From: a bacterium
GTDB taxonomy: Bacteria > BMS3Abin14
Assembly (NCBI GenBank): GCA_029210545.1
Contig: JARGFV010000021.1
Coordinates: 1-30,895, forward strand
DNA length: 30,895 nt
Direction: 5' to 3'
Made by a program: the position numbers and the translations under genes. The number at the start of each line of letters is the position of its first letter. Position 1 is the stretch's first letter. Positions 7,591-15,466 of the stretch are shown in pieces. Under the pieces are notes generated by a model. The model ran no database searches, had not been told where the DNA came from, and saw nothing but the letters and a program-made list of their open reading frames with translations.

Positions 7591-8370
7591 TCAGTTCTCT
7601 TCCTTTAAAGACTTTTTGACCATTTTCATGAACCCGCTGAGAAGGTCCATGGGGATGGGGAAGAGGGTCGTAGAGTTGTTCTCCGTGGCGATCTCCCGCA
7701 GGGTCTGCAGGTATCTCAGCTGCAGGGACTGGGGGTTCACGGAGAGGATGTCGGCCGCCTGGGCCAGCTTGTCGGCCGCCTGGAACTCACCTTCGGCAGT
7801 GATGACCTTGGCCCTTCTTTCCCGCTCGGCCTCGGCCTGCTTGGCCATGGCCCTCTGCATCTCCTGCGGGAGGTCGACGTGCTTGATCTCCACGTTGGCC
7901 ACCTTGACCCCCCACGGGTCGGTGGCGGTGTCCAGGATCTCCTGGAGCTGGTGGTTGATCTTCTCCCTCTCGGAAAGCAGGTCGTCGAGTTCGAACTGGC
8001 CCAGGACGCTCCGCAAGGTGGTCTGGGCAAGCTGGCTCGTGGCGTAGAAATAGTCCTCCACTTCCACGATGGCCTTGCCGGGGTCCATGACCCTGAAATA
8101 GACCACCGCATTGACCTTCACCGAAACGTTGTCCTTGGTGATGATGTCCTGGGGCGGCACATCCATGGTCACCAGGCGCAGGCTGACACGGACGGCTTTT
8201 TCGATAAGGACAACAACAATTGTGATCCCGGGCCCCCGGAACCCCGTCAGTCTTCCGAAACGGAACACGACAAGCCTGTCGTATTCGGTGACGATCTTGA
8301 TGCTCGCCAACACCGCCAGGATAACCAGCACAAGGAAAAACAGGACCGGATTAGCAAAAACAATACTCAT
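7591..8370 (-). CDS. SPFH/band-7 family protein (stomatin-like).
   Basis: An N-terminal TM is followed by an SPFH core ([41 protein letters not shown]). A coiled-coil region reads [25 protein letters not shown] 8370 (MSIVFANP...) has a GGGGGTG SD. It sits directly downstream of nfeD, the classic operon partner. Confidence 0.85.
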   Translation of the reverse strand: MSIVFANPVLFFLVLVILAVLASIKIVTEYDRLVVFRFGRLTGFRGPGITIVVVLIEKAVRVSLRLVTMDVPPQDIITKDNVSVKVNAVVYFRVMDPGKAIVEVEDYFYATSQLAQTTLRSVLGQFELDDLLSEREKINHQLQEILDTATDPWGVKVANVEIKHVDLPQEMQRAMAKQAEAERERRAKVITAEGEFQAADKLAQAADILSVNPQSLQLRYLQTLREIATENNSTTLFPIPMDLLSGFMKMVKKSLKEEN

Positions 8371-8463
8371 TGTCACCCCCTGAGTTTTTCGTATGTCCGT
8401 GTGGGCGTGGTGCGTCAATGCTTCAGTTTTCGCTGCCACGCTTCACAGACGCACGCGATTACG

Positions 8464-9921
8464 TTACGTCTCTTCTCTGATCAGCTCAACTTGCAGTTTC
8501 ATCCCCTTGATATCGACAACTCTGATATTAGATCCTTCAGGGGCTTCCCGGTCGCAGACAGCTGACCAGATCTCCCCATGGACCCTGACCTTCCCTTCGG
8601 GAGACAGGTCGGTCGTCGCGACACCTTCCGCACCCGCCATCCCTTCGATCCCCGTAACGGGTTTCCGCTTGTGGGTTCGCATGACCAGCGTCAGCCCGAC
8701 CACAATAAATCCCGCTGAGAATATTGTAGCAGCTAAAATCAGGGATCGGGACAATTGAAGATAGGGGTCAGCGCTTTCAAAAAGCATGACGCTTCCCAGA
8801 AACATCGCGAATGCTCCACCGACGGTGAGCATCCCGTAGGACACCACCTTTACCTCGAGGATGAACAGGATGATCGCCAGCATGATGAACAGCAAGCCGG
8901 CGTAGTTAATGGGAATGACCTGGAAAGAGAAAAAAGCCAGGATGAGGCATATCCCGCCCAGCACCCCGGGCAGGATGACCCCCGGGTTGGCGAGTTCGAA
9001 GAACAGGCCGTAGATCCCCAGCATCATGAGGATGTAGGACACGTTGGGGTCGGCAAGGGCGGCCAGGATCCGGTGACGCCAGCCCATAGGCCGCTCCACG
9101 ACCCGGGCCCGGGCAAGGGCAAGGGTGATCTCTTCGCCCGCAACGGTGACCACCCGCCCCTCCATTGCCTCGAGGAGTTCATCCATATCCTCGGCGACCA
9201 GGTCGATGACGTTGAGCTTGAGAGCCTCGTTCTCGGTCACCGAAACGCTCTCACGCACTGCCCGCTCGGCCCAGTCCGCGTTGCGGCCATGTCTTTCGGC
9301 GATGGACCGGACAAAAGCCACCGTGTCGTTGAGGACCTTTTGCCCCATGACATCGGTGTCACCCGAAGCCGGCGCTCCGGACTCCGGTTCCGATTTCTGT
9401 TCTTCCCCGTTTCCCCGTTTCCCCGCTTCCTGGCCTTGCTCCCCCTCCCCCTCTCGCCCACTCTCCCCCTCGGGTTTTTCCTTTTTCCCCCCAAACGGAC
9501 TCCCCCCCCCGATGTTCACGGGGTGAGCGGCCCCGATGTTGGTCCCGGGAGCCATGGCAGCCACGTGAGCCGCCATAGTGATAAAAACGCCCGCCGAGGC
9601 CGCGCGGGCCCCCGGAGGAGCGACGTAAACCGCCACCGGGATCTCGGCAGCGAAAAGGGCCTTCACGATCTGCCTGGTGGAGGTCATGAGCCCCCCCGGC
9701 GTATCGAGCCGCAGGACCAGCAGCCCGGCACCTTCCCCGGCGGCAGCCGCAAGCTGTTTCTCAATGTAATCGGCGCTCACCGGGCTTATGGGTCCGTCCA
9801 CGGTGATCTGTACCACAACGGGAGCCGGTTCGGTTTCGTCCGCCGATCCGGAGATGGCTCCGCCAGACATCGAAACAGACACCCCAAGGGTCATGGATAC
9901 GATCAGCATGAGGCGGGACAT
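8464..9921 (-). CDS. nfeD: NfeD-family membrane protein, long form (ClpP-like serine protease domain + TMs + C-terminal OB-fold).
   Basis: The NfeD N-terminal consensus ITVDGPISPVSADYIEKQLAAAAGEGAGLLVLRLDTPGG is present. There are multiple TM helices, and the C-terminal beta-barrel reads GKVRVHGEIWSAVCDREAPEGSNIRVVDIKGMKLQV. The start is taken at M46 of the track ORF (MSRLMLIV...). An unusual Gly/Glu/Lys low-complexity insert is encoded by a polypurine tract. Confidence 0.85.
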   Translation of the reverse strand: MSRLMLIVSMTLGVSVSMSGGAISGSADETEPAPVVVQITVDGPISPVSADYIEKQLAAAAGEGAGLLVLRLDTPGGLMTSTRQIVKALFAAEIPVAVYVAPPGARAASAGVFITMAAHVAAMAPGTNIGAAHPVNIGGGSPFGGKKEKPEGESGREGEGEQGQEAGKRGNGEEQKSEPESGAPASGDTDVMGQKVLNDTVAFVRSIAERHGRNADWAERAVRESVSVTENEALKLNVIDLVAEDMDELLEAMEGRVVTVAGEEITLALARARVVERPMGWRHRILAALADPNVSYILMMLGIYGLFFELANPGVILPGVLGGICLILAFFSFQVIPINYAGLLFIMLAIILFILEVKVVSYGMLTVGGAFAMFLGSVMLFESADPYLQLSRSLILAATIFSAGFIVVGLTLVMRTHKRKPVTGIEGMAGAEGVATTDLSPEGKVRVHGEIWSAVCDREAPEGSNIRVVDIKGMKLQVELIREET

Positions 9922-9974
9922 TGATAACCTCGCAAAAAGTCTCCTGTAGAGTTTCCGGGAGCCATTTGGCAATT

Positions 9975-10001
9975 GGCGGTCACGCCGTCGGCGTGACCGC
10001 C
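9975..10001. other. Perfect 12-bp-stem hairpin GGCGGTCACGCC-gtc-GGCGTGACCGCC in the 134-nt spacer between the Zn-ribbon gene and nfeD.
   Basis: Read directly. No U-tail follows on the minus (transcribed) strand. This makes it a candidate intra-operon attenuator, processing site or protein-binding site. Confidence 0.5.
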
Positions 10002-10055
10002 CGCCAGGATGGAGTCCAGGCAAATTTCTCAATATTGAGTCCATCAGATTACCCA

Positions 10056-11369
10056 TCAGATCTCGACTCCCAGGGTGGAGATCGGAACCGCAAGGCCCTT
10101 GAACGGCTCCACCAGGTCCGGCCCCCTGCGGTGGAAGGGGACCAGGACCAGGGACTGGCTGGTTCCTTTCCTGTTAAAAAGTTCCCGGGGCCCTGTCCCG
10201 GCCACCACATCGGCCATCTCGTCCGCCCCTTCCGGCGGCAGAGCGACCGGGAGGGTCCGCAGCCCCAACCGGCTTTCGTAGGGGATCGGTTCCGCCGGGA
10301 AATCGGCATGATAATACCGGGCTGTCAGGTTGTAAAGGAGCCTCGGTGACCGGACCGAAAAGGCGGGAACGTAGAGGTGCCGGTCTTCTCCCTGTCGTTT
10401 CCAGAAGGGGAGAAAGGTCGTCGCCGCGTCCCGGGCCGGCCGGTTGTTGCCCGCCCACATGCACTCTCTTTCCCGAAGCCTCCCGCCGGCTGCCTCCCAG
10501 CCCCTTGCGCAGGACCTGCAGAACCTCAGGTGGGCACCGGGATCGTCATCCAGGTCGCCGCCGCACTCGGGACAGATAAGGGGCGCCAGTTTCAGGCGGG
10601 TCTCACCCGGAGAACGGCTCTCCTTGAGGTCGAGGTTGTCCAGGAGGGTCTCCATCTCCTCGTGTCTGATCTGCCTGATCAGCGACCCGCCCACCGCGTC
10701 GATGAGCATAAGGCGGATCTGGCGCCCTTCCCGGATCTCTACAAGGGAGAGGGGAAAAAAAAGGATAGAGCTTTGTTCCCACAGCCGGAACCTCTTCTCC
10801 CGGGTGATCTTGAACCCCGGATCCTGCATCCCGTCGAAGAAATCCGCTTCCATCTTCCGGCTGTGCTTTTCCCTTTCCCTCTGGATAGGGGCGAAGGGGA
10901 TCTTGCCGGCGTTTTCCCGGGTGGCCAGGTACAGGTGAAGGGACTGGACACGGTAGCCTGGAGAGAAAAGACCGGGGGAAAGATCCTCGTGGGCCGGCCT
11001 CATGAGATCGAGGTCGCGAGTCTGGAGCTTTTCAACAACCCCCGGATCTCCTTCCAGGACCGTCCTGTGCCCCTGAAGCCACCTGATGGCGTGACCCGTC
11101 GTTCTGTAGAAGGGGCAATAAAAGGGCATGACTGACCGGAGCAGCGGCGGTTTCCACCCGTTCTTCATGGCGATCCGGGTGACGTGGTGGGCGGTCTCCT
11201 GCACGCTGATCTTCGGCTTGATGAGAAAACTCAGCCAGGCGGAGCGGGCGCCCATGATCATCAGTCCCGCACCGCAGTAGCGGCAGCGCGTTCCGGTGGC
11301 CTGCTGGTCGAAGGTGACTTCGCCGCCGCACTGGGGACAATGATGGCTGACGTAACAGGAAAGGTTCAC
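10056..11369 (-). CDS. Double zinc-ribbon protein, YdjG-like.
   Basis: The N-terminus has CPQCGGEV...CRYCGAGL. A second ribbon, CPECGGDL...CRSCARGW, lies mid-protein. The start is a GTG 15 nt after the stop of the upstream gene, with a small palindrome GGACCGCCCCGGTCC between them. Confidence 0.7.
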   Translation of the reverse strand: MNLSCYVSHHCPQCGGEVTFDQQATGTRCRYCGAGLMIMGARSAWLSFLIKPKISVQETAHHVTRIAMKNGWKPPLLRSVMPFYCPFYRTTGHAIRWLQGHRTVLEGDPGVVEKLQTRDLDLMRPAHEDLSPGLFSPGYRVQSLHLYLATRENAGKIPFAPIQREREKHSRKMEADFFDGMQDPGFKITREKRFRLWEQSSILFFPLSLVEIREGRQIRLMLIDAVGGSLIRQIRHEEMETLLDNLDLKESRSPGETRLKLAPLICPECGGDLDDDPGAHLRFCRSCARGWEAAGGRLRERECMWAGNNRPARDAATTFLPFWKRQGEDRHLYVPAFSVRSPRLLYNLTARYYHADFPAEPIPYESRLGLRTLPVALPPEGADEMADVVAGTGPRELFNRKGTSQSLVLVPFHRRGPDLVEPFKGLAVPISTLGVEI

Positions 11370-11384
11370 TGGACCGGGGCGGTC

Positions 11385-12509
11385 CTACTCGATCTTCTCG
11401 CCGCAATGAAGGCAGTACCTTGCCCCCTGGGGGACCTTGTTGCCGCATTTCGAGCAGACCGGTGTTTTTTTTTTGACCTCCTGGCCGCACTGATGGCAGA
11501 AACGGGCATCCGCTGGCAGGTCCTGGCTGCAGCCGCCGCATACCTGGCCCCGGACAACGGGTGTGCCGCAGCGGAAACAGAACCTGGCGTCACCGGGAAG
11601 GGCGGCCTTGCACTGGGGACATGGGTCACCCGCGGATACTGCTGTCTTTCCCGCACCCTCCAGGGTAGACCTTAAAAAGGCGGGCACCATCATCCCTAAC
11701 CCGGCGCCAAGTCCCAACCCCATCCCGGACTCCGCGGCGCCGCCTCCCCCGCCTTCCCCTTGCCCCGCATCGCCCATGAACTGGGCGGCCTTGAACCTGA
11801 GGTAATCCCCTTCGCCGACTGCTGTCATGCTGCCGCGCTCGTCGATAATCTTCTGGACGTCGTCCGGAGGGGTTATGGACTGGATGATGAGGTCGCGCAG
11901 TTCGATACCATACTTGAGAAACTCATCCCTGATCCTGGCTTTGGCTGCGGCGCCCAGCTCTTCGTAGACCTGCGCGAGGTCGAGGATCGACTCCAGGTTC
12001 TCTCCCAGAAGGTCGTTGAGGCGGGAGATGATGACCGCCCGCAGATAGTCTGAGATCTCGTCAGTGGTGTAGATCCCCTGGGTCCCCACCAGCACATTGA
12101 CGAACAGCATGGGCTGGACGACCCTGATGGTGTAGTTGCCGTGGGCCCTGAGCCGCACCATACCCAGGTCCTTGTCCCGGAAAGCAACGGGGTCCCGGGT
12201 GCCCCAGGTCAGGTTCGTGAAGGTCTTCATGGAGACGTAATAGACCGCTACCCTGAAGGGGCTCTTGAAGTTGAAGGGAAGGCTCAGGGCCTTGGTCAGG
12301 AGAGGCAGGTTCTGGGTGGTGAGGGTGTGCCGCCCGGGTCCCAGGACATCCAGCGCCCGGCCGTCCCGGAAGAACACGGCCGTCTGGTTCTCGTTAACGA
12401 CCAGCTGGGCACCGAACTTGATATCACCGGTCCCGTCGACGGGGATCCGGTGGACCATGTCCTTCCCTACGTTATCGACCCATTCGAGAACCTCGATGAA
12501 CTGGCTCAC
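11385..12509 (-). CDS. SPFH-domain protein with C-terminal zinc-ribbon repeats, COG4260 / B. subtilis YdjI-like.
   Basis: The N-terminus MSQFIEVLEWVDNVGKDMVHRIPVDG...AVFFRDGRALDVLGPGRHTL...LTWGTRDPVAF matches the YdjI-type SPFH fold pattern. The C-terminus carries three CxxC...CxxCG ribbons (CPQCKAALPGDARFCFRCG, CGGCSQDLPADARFCHQCG, CSKCGNKVPQGARYCLHCG). The GTG start has an AGGAGA SD. Confidence 0.85.
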   Translation of the reverse strand: MSQFIEVLEWVDNVGKDMVHRIPVDGTGDIKFGAQLVVNENQTAVFFRDGRALDVLGPGRHTLTTQNLPLLTKALSLPFNFKSPFRVAVYYVSMKTFTNLTWGTRDPVAFRDKDLGMVRLRAHGNYTIRVVQPMLFVNVLVGTQGIYTTDEISDYLRAVIISRLNDLLGENLESILDLAQVYEELGAAAKARIRDEFLKYGIELRDLIIQSITPPDDVQKIIDERGSMTAVGEGDYLRFKAAQFMGDAGQGEGGGGGAAESGMGLGLGAGLGMMVPAFLRSTLEGAGKTAVSAGDPCPQCKAALPGDARFCFRCGTPVVRGQVCGGCSQDLPADARFCHQCGQEVKKKTPVCSKCGNKVPQGARYCLHCGEKIE

Positions 12510-12538
12510 TTGGTTGTCTCCTATTGATAGGGTCGCAA

Positions 12539-12634
12539 GAAGTCCTGGCGGGACTTCCCGCTCAACGGAAATCGAAAAGTGTGATTTTCGCTTTCCTCAC
12601 GGATAAGTGACACCATCGACCAGTCACTTATCCG
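12539..12634. other. Three consecutive hairpins in the 153-nt intra-operon spacer: GAAGTCC/GGACTTC, CGAAAA/TTTTCG, and a perfect 12-bp stem CGGATAAGTGAC-11nt-GTCACTTATCCG.
   Basis: Read directly. They lie between the stop of the 167-aa gene and the SD of the YdjI-like gene. Confidence 0.45.
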
Positions 12635-12662
12635 GGCACCGCTCACAGGTGCGTTGATGATT

Positions 12663-13166
12663 CTAACCGTTTTCTTCCATGCTCTTTCTTCGCCCGTCGA
12701 ATATCTCTGCCAACCGGTCCAGGGCCTGTTCGAGATCACCTGTCCAATCCTGCCCGGTGCCGACGGCCTCCACCTGTCCTACGCACCCTGCCAGTCCTAC
12801 CGATGTTTCCAGAAGGAGGAGATCCACCTCGTAGAGGCGCTCCAGGTCCTCCAGGGTGATCCCCGTCCGGTCGAACCACCCGGCATATCCGGAGGGGGCA
12901 TACCGGATCTCGTCCTCCATCCGCTCAAGCCTGGTGACGATCCTCTCCAGGTTGCCGATGGCCCTCAGGTTTCTCATCCCGCCCGACCTGGACAGGTCGT
13001 TCATGGAGTCGGCAAGCCCGGCCCTGCACCGTGACACCTCGGCGGCGGCTTTTTCCCGGACGGCGAGGTCGGCGGCGCGACGGTTCTCCCTGTCCTGGTA
13101 CCCGGCGATCCCCGGGATGATGCGTGTGATCTTTTCCAGGAGGGCTCCCACTTTCGGTTTTGTCAT
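12663..13166 (-). CDS. Hypothetical protein, 167 aa. No family recognised.
   Basis: ATG 13166 has a GGAGGAG SD 7 nt upstream. It forms an ATGA overlap with the stop of the upstream gene, consistent with translational coupling. Confidence 0.6.
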   Translation of the reverse strand: MTKPKVGALLEKITRIIPGIAGYQDRENRRAADLAVREKAAAEVSRCRAGLADSMNDLSRSGGMRNLRAIGNLERIVTRLERMEDEIRYAPSGYAGWFDRTGITLEDLERLYEVDLLLLETSVGLAGCVGQVEAVGTGQDWTGDLEQALDRLAEIFDGRRKSMEENG

Positions 13167-13720
13167 GGTTTGCTCCTCCGGGAAGGGGCAGCCTTGATCT
13201 TCACCTTGCCCTCCTCGTTCACGACCCGGAAAACCACCTTATCCACACCATACTTTTCCCGGACCATTTTCGTCTGCTGTACAAGAGCTTCACGAAGCCT
13301 GGCCATGTCAGGCCCCTTGCCGTTGCCCACTTTCTGATACTCCCTGCTTAAAGTGGAAACCAGCTTTTCCATCTGGTTGTGTTCCGTTGCGCCGGTTGAG
13401 ACCTCTAACACATCCGCCGGGGCTTCCGGCGCGGAAGACGCACTCCCGCGAATCTGGCGCCGCGGCCGCCTGCCCTCCTCCAGGTCCCTGAGGTTTTTCT
13501 GCCAGTACTGGTGGTAGGTGTTGTAACGGGAGATGACCTGCTGGTTCCTGAACTTCAGGGCAGTGTTGGTGATGGCTATAGAGGACATGGTGCGCACCTC
13601 CCTTGCCACTTTTTCAGCCAGCATTTCAGGCGGCCTGCGTTCAATTCCGGAAAAATACTGTTCGTAGGCAGTCTTGAGCTTGTGAATATCCTGTTCCAGC
13701 CTTCGAATCCTGTTTTCCAT
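13163..13720 (-). CDS. Hypothetical protein, 185 aa, with a coiled-coil-like N-terminus (MENRIRRLEQDIHKLKTAYEQYF...). No family recognised.
   Basis: The track ORF extends to 14305, but that N-terminal extension would run antisense across the promoter region and 260 nt of glmU. An internal ATG at 13720 with a GAAGGGA SD is therefore preferred. Confidence 0.5.
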   Translation of the reverse strand: MENRIRRLEQDIHKLKTAYEQYFSGIERRPPEMLAEKVAREVRTMSSIAITNTALKFRNQQVISRYNTYHQYWQKNLRDLEEGRRPRRQIRGSASSAPEAPADVLEVSTGATEHNQMEKLVSTLSREYQKVGNGKGPDMARLREALVQQTKMVREKYGVDKVVFRVVNEEGKVKIKAAPSRRSKP

Positions 13721-13773
13721 GATCCCTTCCCCGGAAAAATTCCCGTAGTTGGAAATGATAACAGAGGGACCAA

Positions 13774-13804
13774 CTGATTTCAAAGCGAAAAGCTTTGAAA
13801 TCAG
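13774..13804. promoter_or_regulatory. Perfect 13-bp inverted repeat CTGATTTCAAAGC-gaaaa-GCTTTGAAATCAG, 55-85 nt upstream of the operon start at 13720.
   Basis: Read directly. It lies in the divergent region between the 13720 operon (-) and glmU (+). No U-tail follows on either strand. It is a candidate operator or 5'-UTR structure. Confidence 0.4.
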
Positions 13805-13869
13805 CCGGCTGGGAACAGGCGGATACCGACAGACAGGCCGCAAGACCCCAGATACCGAGGGGTTCTGAC

Positions 13870-13929
13870 ACCCGAAATCCGCTGTAGGACCCTTTTTGTT
13901 CCGGGCCAAACCAATGGCGGATTTCGGGT
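13870..13929. repeat. Inverted repeat pair ACCCGAAATCCGC ... GCGGATTTCGGGT (13-bp arms, 33-nt spacer). It belongs to the same family as 27552-27709.
   Basis: Read directly. The identical 13-14-mer arms recur 13.7 kb away. Confidence 0.6.
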
Positions 13930-13934
13930 TCCCC

Positions 13935-13964
13935 TTGACACTCCTGCGTCTTACTGAGATATAT
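13935..13964 (+). promoter_or_regulatory. Candidate sigma70 promoter for glmU: -35 TTGACA (13935-13940), 17-18 nt spacer, -10 GATATA/ATATAT (13958-13964).
   Basis: This is a hexamer match only, ~80 nt upstream of the glmU ATG. Confidence 0.35.
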
Positions 13965-14041
13965 GATTTTTGAGCTTTTTCAGAGCGTTTGTGCCTGATC
14001 CTGGCCGGCGCCCCGGTCCGACTGGAGAACCCCCACCAGGA

Positions 14042-15466
14042 ATGAGTTTCAAGACTGCCTCTCTCGCCGTCATCGTCCTCGCCGCCGGGAAAGGGACCAG
14101 GATGAGTTCCTCCGTCCCCAAGGTCCTCCATGAACTCAGGAGCCGCCCTCTGCTCGACCACGTCCTTGACGCAGCCCAGGGACTTGACCCTGGAAAGATC
14201 ATCGTGGTGACGGGGCAGGGAGGCGGGCAGGTTCAGGACCTCGTCGCGCAGCGCAAAGAACCGATCCAGGTCGTCATCCAGGAACCTCAGCTCGGCACAG
14301 GACACGCTGTCGCACAGTGTCTGGACAGCCTGAAGGGGCCTGAGGATATCGTGGCGGTACTGTCCGGTGACGTTCCGCGCCTGGGCACCGGAACCGTTGT
14401 CAGCCTGTACCAGGCGGTTTCCGGGGAGGGGGCTGCCGTAAGCGTTCTCACGGGGCGGATCGGCGACCCGGCGGGCTACGGCCGGATACTACGGGACCAG
14501 GACGGCAAGGTCACCGGTATCAGGGAACACCGTGATCTGGCACCCGGCCAGGAGGATATCGACGAGGTCAATTTCGGTGTCTATGCCTTCGACGCGGCCT
14601 TCCTGCGCGAGGAGCTGCCGAAGCTCAAAAACGCCAACGCGCAGGGAGAGTATTATCTCACAGACATCATCGGTACAGCAGCCACCACCGGCCGTACCGT
14701 GGCAACCCGGACCCTGGAGGACCCGAACGAGGCCCGGGGCATCAATACGCTCAGGGAACTGGCTGAAATGGAGAGAGAGATGAACCGCAGTCACCTGGAA
14801 AAGCTGATGGCGGCAGGGGTCCGTATCGTGGACCCTGAGCGGACCTGGATAGACGATACCGTCACCGTGGGTCCGGATACCGTGATCTACCCCTCGGTCT
14901 TCCTTCACGGGCAAAGCTCCGTCGGATCAGGGTGCATCATCAGGCCGGGGGCAGTCATTACCGATACCGTCATCGGCGACAGGGTGGAGATCCGGCCATA
15001 CTGCGTGATCACCGGATCCGCCATCAGCGATGATGCGGCTGTCGGTCCCTTCGCCCACCTTCGTGCCGGTTCCGAGATCGGCCCGTCGGCACGGATCGGC
15101 AACTTCGTGGAAACAAAAAAAGCGATCATCGGCGAGGGAAGCAAGGTTTCCCACCTCACCTACGTGGGAGACGCCGAACTGGGCCGGGGAGTCAACATCG
15201 GGGCCGGCTGCGTGACCTGCAACTACGACGGCTTCAACAAGTACCGGACCGTCATCGAGGACGGGGTGTTCGTGGGGAGCGGAACCATGCTGGTGGCTCC
15301 CGTCACCCTGGGCAAGGGATCCCTTGTCGGCGCGGGCTCCACCGTTACCGCGGATGTTCCTCCCGACGCCCTGGCGGTATCCCGGGCTCACCAGTCTGTC
15401 AAGGAGGGCTGGGCTGCCAGGAGACGGGCACGCCTGACGGGCGCGGAAGGGGAGGACAGAGACTGA
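14042..15466 (+). CDS. glmU: Bifunctional UDP-N-acetylglucosamine pyrophosphorylase / glucosamine-1-phosphate N-acetyltransferase.
   Basis: The N-terminus LAVIVLAAGKGTRMSSSVPKVLHEL matches the nucleotidyltransferase motif. The C-terminus carries left-handed beta-helix hexapeptide repeats. ATG 14042 is preferred over the track start at 13970. Confidence 0.9.
   Translation: MSFKTASLAVIVLAAGKGTRMSSSVPKVLHELRSRPLLDHVLDAAQGLDPGKIIVVTGQGGGQVQDLVAQRKEPIQVVIQEPQLGTGHAVAQCLDSLKGPEDIVAVLSGDVPRLGTGTVVSLYQAVSGEGAAVSVLTGRIGDPAGYGRILRDQDGKVTGIREHRDLAPGQEDIDEVNFGVYAFDAAFLREELPKLKNANAQGEYYLTDIIGTAATTGRTVATRTLEDPNEARGINTLRELAEMEREMNRSHLEKLMAAGVRIVDPERTWIDDTVTVGPDTVIYPSVFLHGQSSVGSGCIIRPGAVITDTVIGDRVEIRPYCVITGSAISDDAAVGPFAHLRAGSEIGPSARIGNFVETKKAIIGEGSKVSHLTYVGDAELGRGVNIGAGCVTCNYDGFNKYRTVIEDGVFVGSGTMLVAPVTLGKGSLVGAGSTVTADVPPDALAVSRAHQSVKEGWAARRRARLTGAEGEDRD

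Noticed and set aside
8755-9924. 389-aa plus-strand ORF.
   Set aside because: It is antisense to nfeD. It is low-complexity and rich in His, Gly, Pro and Arg.
10377-11135. 252-aa plus-strand ORF.
   Set aside because: It is antisense to the Zn-ribbon gene.
13721-14305. N-terminal 195 codons of the track ORF 13163..14305.
   Set aside because: They would run antisense through the palindrome-rich divergent promoter region and 260 nt of glmU. An internal SD plus ATG at 13720 is preferred.
14042-15466. glmS ribozyme upstream of glmS.
   Set aside because: The glmS ATG overlaps the glmU stop, so there is no leader. The ribozyme also belongs to a different lineage.
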